DNA of 64,000 nt from assembly GCF_001194135.2 (NCBI RefSeq), contig NC_068981.1, forward strand, positions 160,370,722 to 160,434,721. The letters run 5' to 3'. Source of the stretch: Octopus bimaculoides. Its lineage: Eukaryota. The notes under the pieces were generated by a model. The model saw nothing but the letters and a program-made list of their open reading frames with translations. It was not told the DNA's origin and did not search any database. The position numbers and the translations under genes were made by a program. Positions 13,836 through 24,795 of this stretch are shown one piece after another (position 1 is the first letter of the stretch; each line of letters begins with the position of its first letter).

Positions 13836-13946
13836 TTTTGGGGGTGAATAAAATAAGTATCACTGGGGTCAATTTTGGGGGTGATTAAAATAAGTATTAC
13901 TGGGGCCAATTTTGGGGGTGAATAAAATAAGTATCACTGGGGTCAA
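13836..13946 (+). repeat. Three tandem copies of a 37-bp unit inside a SINE
   Basis: ttttgggggtgaataaaataagtatcactggggtcaa starting at 13836, 13873 and 13910; the middle copy has 3 substitutions. Confidence 0.95.
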
Positions 13947-14150
13947 TTTCTGGCCTTGTGCCAAAATTTGAAACCAAGGTGGTGAACTGGCAGAATCATT
14001 AGCATGCCAGGAGAAATGCTTAGCAGTATTTCATCCGTCTTTATGTTCTGAATTCAAATTCCACTGAGGCCAACTTTGCCTTTCATCCTTTCAGGGTGGA
14101 TAAATTAAGTATCAGTCAAATACTAGAGTTGATGTGTTCAACACTACCTC

Positions 14151-14728
14151 CCTAAGCCCCTGCAACCGCAGGGGTTGCAGGGCGCCTCTGTGGTTGAGGG
14201 GGTCCTATGTTGAGATCAAAGTATGTAGATGAGTCATCTATTTACTTTGGTTAAGATGTTGAATAAGAATTAAACTATATTAACTGAAAATTTCAAGAAA
14301 TAAAATGGTAATGCATTGTACTTGCAAAAGTCTTGTAAAAAATATTACATTGTACAACAAACGTGTACCAGACTTTGTGGATTGTCTATGATATCAGTTG
14401 AACACGAACTTAGCTCTCAGCTTGATTATTCTGAATTGATTGATGATTTTGCAAAGTAAAAATTGTGCCGTGTTCATCATTGAAAGTTGCCTGGATTATA
14501 AAAGTGCTCTTTTATTCATATCTGGAAGTTTTACTTATTGAAATTTGTAATAGACCTAAATGAATTTAACTTCTACTTTTAAAGATGTTCTTTAGGATAA
14601 CATGAAATAGAATAAAGTAAAATATAGCTATGAATAAAAGGTGCGTAGATTATAAATTTTGATTGAAGGGATGGGGCCTCAAAACAATAAGTTACATGAG
14701 GGTCTCTAAAAGTCACATGACGGAGCTG
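14151..14728 (+). mobile_element. hAT transposon remnant (transposase C-terminus plus right end) inserted in a SINE
   Basis: 14367-14472 reads TRLCGLSMISVEHELSSQLDYSELIDDFAK*KLCR, matching the hAT dimerisation-domain C-terminus pattern (RLxxLxxLSIExE...LDYxxIIDDFAxxK). Right end ...tgacggagctg. Internal hairpin ccctgcaacc/ggttgcaggg near 14158-14182. Left TIR not found. Confidence 0.75.
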
Positions 14729-15092
14729 CTCCCTCTCCCAAAATTTCAGGCCTTGTGCCTATAGTAGAAAGAATAGTGATGAGCTGGCAAATTTACCAGA
14801 AAAATGCCTGGTGCTATTTGTTCTGACTCTTTATATTCTCAGTTCAAATCCTGCTAAGGTCAACTTTTTTACAACCCCTTCATCCTTTTGGAGTTGTAAA
14901 ATAAAGTACTGGAGTCAAGTATATCAACTTGCCACCCTCCCATTAATTGTTAGCCTTGTGCCAAAATTTGAAGGTGGAAAGCTTGCTGAATCATTAGCAC
15001 ACTTGACAAAATACAGTTCTATATTTAAGAGATGAGGAATTATGTACATTATTTACATTTGACAGATATTTGTCCTCATCTTGTTTGTTTTT

Positions 15093-15138
15093 AACACAAC
15101 ATTTCGGCTGATATACCCTCCAGCCTTCATCAGGTGTC
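15093..15138 (-). ncRNA. Minimal type I hammerhead ribozyme motif (Penelope-type), left arm
   Basis: Reverse complement reads gacacCTGATGAaggctggagggtatatcagccGAAAtgttgtgtt, the same architecture as 15429-15474. Confidence 0.65.
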
Positions 15139-15428
15139 TTGGGAAAATTTCGAACCTGGGTTCTTATTCTTAAGGTATTTTTCAATGTTATTATCATTAT
15201 TATTATTATTATTATTCTGCTCACTGCCTGGAATCGAACTCGGAATCTTGGGGTTAGTAGCCCACACTTTTAACCACCACACCATGGGCATATGGTGTAG
15301 TGGTTAAGAGTGCGGGCTACTAACCCCAAGATTCCGTGTTTGATTCCAGGCAGTGACCTGAATAATAATAATAACAACATCAAAAAAATACCTTAAGAAT
15401 GAGAACCCAGGTTCGAAATTTCCCCCAA

Positions 15429-15474
15429 GACACCTGATGAAGGCTGTCGGGTATATCAGCCGAAATGTTGTGTT
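15429..15474 (+). ncRNA. Minimal type I hammerhead ribozyme motif (Penelope-type), right arm
   Basis: gacac-CTGATGA-a-ggctg-tcgggtatat-cagcc-GAAA-tg-T-T-gtgtt: stem I gacac/gtgtt, stem II ggctg/cagcc, loopless stem III. GAAAT replaces the usual GAAAC. Confidence 0.65.
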
Positions 15475-16249
15475 AACAACAAACAAGATGATGACAAATA
15501 TCCGTCAAATGTAAATAATGTACTAGACAAAATGCTTAGTAGTTTTTCATGTCTTTACGTTCTGATTTGAAATTCCACCAAAGTTTACTCATCTTTTGTG
15601 GGTTAATGAGCACTGGGGTCAATGTAATCAACTAATGTCCCTCTACAAAAAAAATTTCTGGTCTTGTGCCTATAGGAGAAAGGATTGTTATTTAGTTATT
15701 TTTATTGCATGCTTTTACTGCACTACCAAGTACAGCTCTTTATGCTTTGGGCATGTGCTGTATTTTCTTTTGGTTTTGTTACTATTTTGAAAGTACTTTA
15801 TGTAATATGTATGTGGTGCCTAACAGTACTATTTTCAGTATACTGTACCTATTTTTAAGTTCTGGATTGTGTTATCTATTTTTTTTTTTTTTTTTTTTTT
15901 GCATGACTTTTGATCATTTCGCAAGTATCTATTTATAGAGATTGCTTTTGTTTTTAGGCCTAATATTTATGTTATCTCTTTCCAGACTTTTATATAATTT
16001 TTCTATCTCTTTTAGCAATACATTATCATCTTTTGGGTTGTTATGTAAATTAGAAGGCATTTCTTTACTTGGTAGTCCTTAATAACAATATATGGCCAGT
16101 TAGCTTTGATCTCCTTGTCAGAGTGTTGCCATTCTAGAAGATCTTTTCTGGTGTATGACTATACCATCTCTTTTCTGTTGGTGTTTCATAATATTGGCGT
16201 AACTTGTAGTGAATGTAAGCACCAGGTTTGTCTTTTCTGTGAATGTATG

Positions 16250-16609
16250 AAGATGTTAAAGTCTTGATATTATATTTTTGAATGTTTTAAAAAATTGTTA
16301 GACACCATTTGCTAATTTAGTTAAAATTTTTCAGTAATAGTTTTGCAGTGTTTCAAAACTTTTACTATAATAATAATAATTGCTAATTTAGAATTATATC
16401 TAGTGAATGCTTGTCATAGTTGTGTATTTATATTACCATAATTTTATAATGGATATTTTAAGTTATTGGTAATCTATATTCAAAGAAATATATCTTTCAG
16501 ATGAAATGGTAAAGCTTATTTAAGTCTTTCTTTCAAAATCATATACCAATGTATTCTTTAAATTTATTTACTTCTAATAGAACAACTGTTAAATCATAAA
16601 CATTTAATT
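16250..16609 (+). repeat. ~360-bp AT-rich segment duplicated at 18771-19146
   Basis: Colinear matches include 'tgctaattt(a/g)gaattatatcta', 'catagttgtgtattt', 'attttataatggatattttaagttattg' and 'ttatttacttcta(a/t)tagaacaactgttaaatcataaacatttaatt'. Confidence 0.9.
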
Positions 16610-17616
16610 TTTCCTTGGTTAAGGTCAAGCAACCAGAGGGTATGTGGTTAATTATTTTTTCTCAGTCTCCACATCCACATATTCTGCAGTTATTTATCAT
16701 CATCAACAACAACAAGGTGGTGAGATGGTAGAATCATCAGCATGCTAGACAAAATGCTCAGCATCATTTTATCAATCTTTATGTTGAGTTCAAATACCAT
16801 TCTGGGCGACTTTGCCTTTCATCACTTTGAAGTCATAAACACTGGGTTTGATGTAACAAACTTACCACTATCCCTAAAATTCCAGGCCTAAATTTGAAAC
16901 CTTCATTATTCTTATTATCATCGTTATCACTAGTGCCATATTCTGCCAGCAACAAGCTGACAGAATACAATTATTAGTATGTTGGACAAAATGCTTAGCA
17001 ACATATTTTCTAGCTCTCTACAGTCTGTGTTCCAATTCTGTCAAGGTTGACTTTGTCATTCATCCTTCCAAAATCAATAGAATAAATACCAGTTGAGCAC
17101 TGGAGTTGATGAAATTGCCTAGCACCATCCCACCAAGATTTCAAGCCTTGTACCTATAGTAGACAGGTTTATTATTATATTTTCTGTGATGCTTTTGCTC
17201 TAGCAGATGTTATATCGATATTATACCAAAAGACCCAGCTATATCCAGGGGCCAAAGGTCATTCTTTCTCCTTCAACTTTTCAACACCCTCCTTAGAATC
17301 CTTGCTGTTCCTAACAAGGCTGTTTTCTGCAGCAGTCCTGTCTTGATGGTAATTCCTGTTGCTGTTGGTGCTGCTGCTTCTACTGATAATGATGATGATG
17401 GTAATGCTTTTCATCTTTTTGGGGTTACAAGCTGTCAAAATGCTTAGTGGTATTTCTTTTGGCTCTTTACATTCTGAGTTCAAATTCCACTGGGGATGAC
17501 TTTACTTTTCTTCCTTTAGGATTAATAAAATAAGTACCAGTTTAACACTGGGGTTAATGTAATCAATTTATCCCTTCTCCTGAAATTGCTGGCCTCTCGC
17601 CAAAATTTGAAACTGC

Positions 17617-17670
<54 letters not shown>

Positions 17671-18351
17671 GGCAGTGAGTTTGCAGAATTGTTAGCATGC
17701 AGAACAAAATGCTTAGTGGCATTTCTTCCAGCTTATTACATGCTACAGTCAAATTTGTCTTTCATGCTTTAAGGGTCAATAATATAGAGTACCAGTCAAG
17801 TACTGGGATTGATGTAATCAGTCAAAACCATGCCTGCCAAAACTGCTGGCCTTACTCCAACATTTGAAGCCACTATTATTATTATTTCTACTGAGAGGCA
17901 GAATAGACAACTTTTGTGTTTCTCAGTTCAATTTGAAAATTTTCAAAACTTTGGCAGAGTGTTTGGTTTAATCTCTCTCTTTCTCCCTCTCTCTCTTTCT
18001 TTCTCTTCTTTCCTCTCTCTCTCTCTCTCTTCTAGTCTGAGATGTAAAAATAGTTAAATGCTGGTTTTAATCTTGATTTAATCAATGGTTAAATGGTTAA
18101 ATTAAGCAGTACATTTATTTTTCTCTTCATGTTGCTTATTTCCTTTGTCAGTAGATTCCATAAAAAAATTTTTTTTTTAAGGGAGCTACTTTTGTTTAAT
18201 GTTGATTATTTTTTCTTTCTTTTTTTTTAAAGAAATAATGAAATAATTGTTTAAAAGTTTTTTTGGCTTTGATATTAATATTCGTATATGGTATTTTCCT
18301 TAAAGTAATAAGTTTAAGTTTAAAAATCCATTTGTTTCTTTTTTTGTTATG

Positions 18352-18536
18352 TTCATCCTACTCTATTTTCTCATTAGTATTTTGGTTTATCATAATAGTG
18401 TCAAACTATAAAACAATTTTTTGAGATATATCTTGTCTTCATCCTTGAATCTATTTTTTCATTAGTATTTTGGTTTATCATAATAGCATCAAACCACCAA
18501 ACTATTTTTGTAAAAATATTTTTTCTCTTCATCCTT
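18352..18536 (+). repeat. Tandem repeat, ~86-90-bp unit, two copies plus a partial third
   Basis: ttcatcct...tcattagtattttggtttatcataatag... starting at 18352, 18438 and 18528. Confidence 0.9.
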
Positions 18537-18770
18537 AACACCATCAACTAATTCTTCCACATATAGTGAAGCATCATGATTTATTAATTTGTCTTGAGCA
18601 TCTTTTATTCTTTTTTTGTATAAGCATTTATGTTATTTCAGATTTAAGATTGGATTTTTACTGTTTCCATTAGCTAGGTTTGGGGCTATTAATCAGAATA
18701 ATCTTAGAAACCTCATTTATTAAATTACCTTTGTTCTAGAGTAGTAAACAACATTTTTACACTGTTGATA

Positions 18771-19146
18771 AAGATATTAAAATCTTGATGTTATCTGTTC
18801 AAATGTTTTTTTTTTAAATTGTTGATACCATTAACCAATTTAGCTAAAATTCTTCAGTAGTAGTATCACAATGTTTTAAAACTATCATTGTAGTAATAAT
18901 TGCTAATTTGGAATTATATCTAATGAGTATTCATCATAGTTGTGTATTTGTATTACCATTATTTTATAATGGATATTTTAAGTTATTGTAATTTTTCTTC
19001 AAAGAAATGCATCTTTCAGATAAATAGGTTAGGCCATTAAATTTTCGTTCAGACATCATTACACTAAAAGTATACATACTAATGTATACTTCAATTTTAT
19101 TTATTTACTTCTATTAGAACAACTGTTAAATCATAAACATTTAATT
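18771..19146 (+). repeat. Second copy of the 16250-16609 segment
   Basis: Same orientation as the first copy, ~2.5 kb downstream. Confidence 0.9.
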
Positions 19147-19399
19147 CATTATTCAATAGTGACTGTCTCTCATAAAGGACCTATTATATTATTTCTGCTT
19201 TATATAGATTTTCAGTCCCAGTACTAAAGATTAGTAAGATCGACTTGGTTGACCTTTACTGTAAAATGTCACAGTATAGAGGAATGCATTAATGGATAAT
19301 TTTTCTCAGAATAGTGGCTGGTGAATAAGAAGTGGAAGCTTGGTGAAAGGTATAATTTATTAAGAATTCAGATAGATATTGTGAAAATATGAAAGGAAC

Positions 19400-19560
19400 T
19401 AGACAGTGTGAAAAGGATCACATAATTTATCTGTGTAATAAGATCATTCTATAAATTGTAAAGCCAACAGGAAAATTCTTTGCTTTATATGTAAAAGCAA
19501 TGTAGAAACTCATTATCCATGTAACCCGATATTTATAATGTGTAAAACACTGCCAGTTTG
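19400..19560 (+). mobile_element. Possible very old L1/Tx1-type C-terminal zinc-knuckle remnant
   Basis: 19481-19543 reads CFICKSNVETHYPCNPIFIMC, resembling CxxC...ETxxH...C. Multiple stops nearby. Confidence 0.2.
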
Positions 19561-20817
19561 AAATGACATCTTTGTACAGAAAGCCAAGTTGTTACAGAGA
19601 TAATTGGTAAGGTCAAGGAAAATCATTATATAGGGAACTTTCTGTTATGGAAATTGGTTCAAAGATGAGCTGGCTTACAAAATTTGCAAAATATATTTCT
19701 TTGTTAGCAAGATAAAGAAAGACTAACTAGATATTTGTGAAGAAGCTTCCTGGAACTTCAACATAGAAACGGTCACTTCATGTAAATATTAAATTGCAAC
19801 ACCTATAATATCATTTTATTGTAGTAATGTGATAGCATTGTCATGGTTAAGAATCTCTTTCTATCTTTATATTATATATCTTTCTCTCTTTCTCTCAAAG
19901 ACACGCACATAACAGCAGTTTTCTTATTAAAGTTTCTGTAGCTTTTCTTTTTATTATTTTGTAAAGCTATTAAGACATATCTACTACTTTTAAACATTTT
20001 ATTAAGTTTAGTGTCTTTTGCAGTCATGTGTAAACAGAAAAAGTAATAATCAGTTATCTCCATTATTATATATCGTGTATTATGTTTCATGTTAGGAACT
20101 TTTTTTTAAGTTAGTTCAGCTTGAGATTCTGATGGATATGACAAGCACAAATAATAAGAGAACAATATTAGCAAGAACAATGTACATTCCAACCATTGAT
20201 CCAAAATAGAAGTAAAATAGAAACCTAATATTTTTCATTACATATGCTTTATGATTGTATATAATACAATTTGTTATAATATAATTGAAAATATTCTGAG
20301 AGAATATACTATTCCTTATAATTTGCTAATATAGCTGTCTATATCAGGTTTTTCTCATTTTAACTCCAGCTGCTATTTCACAGGATAACAATAAATAGAA
20401 TATATTGTGTATTAAACAAAATGAATCCTTTATTGTATCTAAAATCAATGTCCATCTTGGATGAAACAGCGCAGATATTAAGCTTAGAACATAAGAAAAT
20501 AAAATAATGCCGTGTATGTGTGGACAGAAGTAGCAAAATGGTTAAGTGGATGAGATGCCCAACTAGCTGCTCCTAGACTATCAGCCAAAATCTACTACAG
20601 ATGCTATAGTGATTCACTCGACCTAACTGCTGAGAATAGGCAGTGGATCATTTGGTAATGTGGCTACCTGTAATAAAGAAGCATCCTATCCTAAGAAAAA
20701 TTTAAATCTCATCTCCTTCTACTTCACATCATGAAACTGGATCTAAGAACTGGCTCCTGAAGCCCTCTAAGGTGTAGAAGCTACCGCTGTGTGTGTGTGT
20801 TGCACTTCCATTTACAG

Positions 20818-20914
20818 TTAAGTTCATTAGAAACTTCTGGATTTGTCACTAGAGATTCAGAATTCTTTGAAATATTTCACAAAATCATTAGTCCATATCC
20901 ATATGATGGTTATT
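20818..20914 (+). CDS. Candidate 97-nt internal exon of an unidentified gene
   Basis: Acceptor 'tgcacttccatttacag|' and donor 'T|gtaagg'. Only one frame is open: LSSLETSGFVTRDSEFFEIFHKIISPYPYDGY. 28 of 32 third positions are A/T. No family recognised. Confidence 0.5.
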
Positions 20915-21087
20915 GTAAGGCTGGTGCAGATTTGAAATTGATACATTTATATGGCTTATTCCATTTCCTGTTAAATATATTCTGTTGGTTTGAATAAAAA
21001 ACTGCTATAGCCATTCTTAAATAATACAAGCATTATCTTTTATTTTTTATAGTGCTTTTCTCTGCCAAAGTTTACTCATATCATAAG

Positions 21088-21662
21088 CACGGCCATGGTT
21101 GTGTAGTTAGGCACTTGCTTCCCAACTACATAGTTCTGGGTTCCGTCACACTGCATGGCACCTTGGGCAAGTATCTTCTGCTATAGCTTTGGGCTGACCA
21201 AAGCCTTGGGAGTGCATTTGATAAACGGCAATTGAAAGAAGGCCATCGAGTATATATGTGTGTGTGTCTGAATTTTCGCCCCCACTACCACTTGACAACT
21301 AGTGTTGGTGTGTTTATACCCCCATAACTTAGCTGTTTGGCAAAAGAGACCAAGAGAACAAGTACCAGCCTTAACTCTCTTGATACCAACCTGACTGAAA
21401 CCACCTCTGGCTCTGTAGTACAAATGCCTTGTTTTCATAAGTTTTGAATTAAAATCTTCCATCAAACCTTGGCCAAAATTTATGTTCCTAACACCAGCTT
21501 AATGATAACTTATTTTACTACATTCTTTGTTATATTTAAAATCAATTGAAAGAAACACAGAGCATCTTAAAATAAATACAGTAACAAAATGGTTAAAACA
21601 AAAAAAGCCCTAGAAATTCTTCAAGGCAATGCTCCAGTATGGCTACAGTTTAAAAACTGTTG
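21088..21662 (+). mobile_element. Composite tRNA-SINE interrupted by a TTAA MITE
   Basis: Head 'ggccatggttgtgtagttag...ttctgggttccgtcacactgcatggcaccttgggcaag', internal (GT)n, and a 3' body that resumes after 21596. Confidence 0.75.
21375..21592 (+). mobile_element. TTAA-flanked MITE, family B
   Basis: TTAA at 21371-21374 and 21593-21596; ends ctctcttgataccaacc.../...cagtaacaaaatgg. Similar ends at 39212-39383. Confidence 0.65.
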
Positions 21663-22840
21663 CTTCAAATATTCCCCAATCCATTGTATGTTAATCTGCC
21701 TGAAATCACTTCTGGTTCTGATACATGGCCTTTTCATTTTTAACAGTTCGAATTTAAAACCTCTTGACATAATTTTACGTAAAACACATTTTTGTTAAAA
21801 TACATTTTAAACACCAACTTAATGAGAGTTATTTCACTGAATCCCTCCAAATACTTGATTATTTTAAAAATCAAATGAAACATACTAGTGGTGCCTTAAT
21901 TAGAAATGTGAACACAAGAATTAATAAAGCAATAAAATATTTACTTGAGACTAGGAAACATTTTGGCTGTGCTACATAAAAGAAAAATGTATTGGCTTAT
22001 CTTAAATTTTTTGATACTTATGATAAGATCTTGGATCAATCAACAAATTGTTAGTAAATATATTGATTGGTAATTCAATCAAAATAGCAAAGAAGGTAAA
22101 CAAAGATCTAAGAAACTAAACATTTTTTTTTTAAATTTCATTTCTTGTTGTTGATGTTTGTTCAATAATGTCTGACCTAATAATATATACACTGATGTTC
22201 TACCATAAGTTTAGCAGGTAGGAATAGTTGTGTTTGTTAATCTAGAGTTTATAGTCATTTATGATTAGGATCAACATGATTCACGTCCTGACATTTGACA
22301 TAACATTGTAATGCTATATTGTAATTTACTTGTCGTTAAACTGTTATTAACTTTGATTTTTTTTTTTTTTTTTTACTTTTAAATTCACATCATTGAGCTA
22401 GTCTAATTCACAGTACTATTAGTAACCACATAGGTTTTGTTTGTAAGTCTCTCCTTGTGAAATGTTAGATATATGTGAACATATGATATTTGAAAAGTCA
22501 AGTATATGTTTTTGCAGACTGAAAGTAAAATCCCTGTTTCACTTATATGTTTTCACTACTAATCATCATCATTTTATTGTGATAAAGCTGCTGTACCTAC
22601 AGTTCTGAGTTGAAGTTTTGCTATAGTTTCCTTAACTAAGTCTTCTCTTTATCATTTTCATTTTGTAAATTTGAGAGATTTTATTCTATGCATACATTCT
22701 AGGAAAATTTTACAGCTTGGTGCTTTTATAACACTACTTAAAAAGTACAGAATTCTTTTTTTCTTTCCTTCCTTTTTTTTTTTTCAACTAAGTAGACTAA
22801 AGTAGTGCCTTACACTTGAAGTGTCAGTTGTTATCTTTAG

Positions 22841-22921
22841 GTATCTTCACATTTAATTGATTCCATGAGTTCTTTTGAGTTTTGGATGTCTGCAGGAGAT
22901 TTGGGATTGATTCTTGAATGA
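22841..22921 (+). CDS. Candidate terminal exon of an unidentified gene
   Basis: Acceptor 'gttgttatctttag|'. Phase 0 gives VSSHLIDSMSSFEFWMSAGDLGLILE*; phase 1 gives (x)IFTFN*. No family recognised. Confidence 0.3.
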   Translation, partial: VSSHLIDSMSSFEFWMSAGDLGLILE

Positions 22922-23400
22922 AAAAACAAACCATTTGTATAGAAGTGACCTTGTGCATTTATACATGCGGATCTGTTTTTTAATTAATAACTTGAATGAA
23001 ATGAAGTAATTTTCAGATAAAATCATGTAATTTTACATCCATCTATTGTCTTTTAGACTTAGTAACTGACTATCGTAAATAGATAGTTGAAGTGGCAACT
23101 ATTGTGCTGCAAAAGCATGTTCCTAACAGGACTAAGTTTTGACCTACTTATGATGCATGTCTGGAACTTTTTCACTTCATTTACATTATTCATATTGATT
23201 TAGGACAGGCATGAAAGTCTCAACTTTTATTTCCCCTCCCTTTCAAGAAGTAACTAACAATAATGTCTTGATAAGTATTATTGACAATGAGCATTTAGTC
23301 AGAAATTGAAGGCATTTTTTAATATTTTTTCTTTTAGTGGATTCATTACAATTGTTTAAGATAAATATCTTGGATTCATGGATTGAAACATGGTCTAAAC

Positions 23401-23546
23401 CAGTCATAGGCAACCTACAGCCCATGGGACTTTCTAAACAGCATACCTACCAAAAGAATTACCTTGAATTTCTTTAGTAGTGCAGCACACCTAATGATGA
23501 GTTATGCCTCATGCGGCCTACTTTTTGAAAAATGTTGCCCATGCTG
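23401..23546. mobile_element. Short hAT (Charlie-like) MITE
   Basis: Imperfect TIRs cagtcataggcaac / gttgcccatgctg with subterminal cagccc/cggcc. TSD degenerate. Confidence 0.5.
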
Positions 23547-23744
23547 GATATAAACTGTCATATATGCAAACCTTGCTACTGACCTTACATCTGCAAAACA
23601 CTTGTACTTATTTTGTTTGATCATGTACAGTAGTTAAAACACTTAATGAAACATTGAGCAAATGTCTAAATTTGCTGCATTAAAAAATTAGTATAAAATC
23701 CTTTAAAAAATATAAGTTTGTACTTATGCTTTATCCTTCCGTTT

Positions 23745-24128
23745 GCACTTTGTTTCAGTCATTAAACTGGCCTTGCTGAGAAACCCTCTTGAAGGGTTGA
23801 ATCTAACAACTCAACCCCAGTTCTTATTTTTTGAGTCTGGTACTTATTCTTTTGGTCTCTTTTGCAGAACTGCTAACTTATGGGGACCTAAATGAATCAA
23901 CACTTGTTATCAAGTGGTGGAGGGGACAAACACAAACACTAAGATATATGCATATACAAATATATAATGGCTTCTTTCACTTTGTCTCTACCAAATTCAC
24001 TCACAAGGCATATCTTGGCCCAGGGTGCAGAAGAAGACACATGCCCAAGGTGCTGTGCCATAGGACTGAACCTGAAACCACATGGTTTCAAAGTAAGCTT
24101 CTTAACCACACTTCCACGCCTATGCCTG
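23745..24128 (-). mobile_element. Composite tRNA-SINE (full length)
   Basis: Reverse complement of head + microsatellite + 'gaccaaaagaataagtacc...ctgaaaca' body. Confidence 0.8.
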
Positions 24129-24599
24129 TTTTTGTATATATTGTATGTAGATCTGAATATAAGATAGAATGAATGTAAACAGAGAAAAACGAGTGAGAGA
24201 GAAAGAGAGACCTGTTGTCATTTGTTTGAAGCTTCATCAACTCCTTCAGGTGGCAGTATTTGAAACAAAAACAAATGCCTCTTTTAGCTCAGCAAATATA
24301 AAGTATGATTCATTAGATCTGCTAAGCAAACTGTGAGAAAACTAAGTTGAAAATACAATATACTATTAGAGATAATTTTTATGTATGCACTTGTGAAGGA
24401 GAAAAAGCAACAGACAAAGAACAAAGATTTTATTGTATTTACTTTTCACCTTCTTGTTCATTTCTTTCTGAAACAATACCACTAAGGTGAATAAAATGTT
24501 TATTCACAATTGTAGGTTTTTCATATTGATTTTGAATTTTGGTATTGTTTATTCAAGTTGCTATAAACATGATTATTCCACTTTATAGTTATCAAAAGA

Positions 24600-24729
24600 N
24601 NNNNNNNNNNNNNNNNNNNNNNNNNNNNNNNNNNNNNNNNNNNNNNNNNNNNNNNNNNNNNNNNNNNNNNNNNNNNNNNNNNNNNNNNNNNNNNNNNNNN
24701 NNNNNNNNNNNNNNNNNNNNNNNNNNNNN
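24600..24729. other. Assembly gap (130 N)
   Basis: Run of N. Confidence 0.99.
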
Positions 24730-24795
24730 ATATATGTATGTATGTATATACTGTTAATGTCATAAAAATTTATAAATTTTTGAGAGAATATGAAA

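Larger units (their letters stand above)
15013..15525. mobile_element. Head-to-head inverted pair of a tRNA-headed element with a Penelope-like 3' tail
   Basis: 15053-15285 is the reverse complement of 15292-15523 (about 18 differences outside the (AAT)n tract), with a 6-nt spacer gggcat. A-box-like tggtgtagtgg and B-box-like gttcgattcc in the head. Flanked by direct repeat gacaaaat (15005-15012, 15526-15533) inside a host SINE. Confidence 0.85.
12705..17875 (+). mobile_element. Cluster of about 10 copies of one tRNA-headed SINE (one on -, the rest on +)
   Basis: Repeated unit 'gagctggcagaatcattagcatgc...aaatgcttagcggcatttc...gagttcaaattcc...actttgcctttcatcctt...aataaaataagtaccagt...ctggggttgatgtaatc...ccaaaatttgaaacc'. 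Copies at ~12720-12930(-), 13480, 13725, 13975, 14775, 14970, 16715, 16955, 17410 and 17670. Confidence 0.85.

Noticed and set aside
15286-15360. Possible tRNA gene (and other SINE heads)
   Set aside because: Only the A/B boxes and part of the cloverleaf are present, with no matching acceptor stem; these are SINE heads.
19580-19606. 27-nt microexon with good splice sites (xSQVVTEII)
   Set aside because: Such short hits are expected by chance, it would create a stop if joined to 11830, and it lies in a possible decayed LINE.
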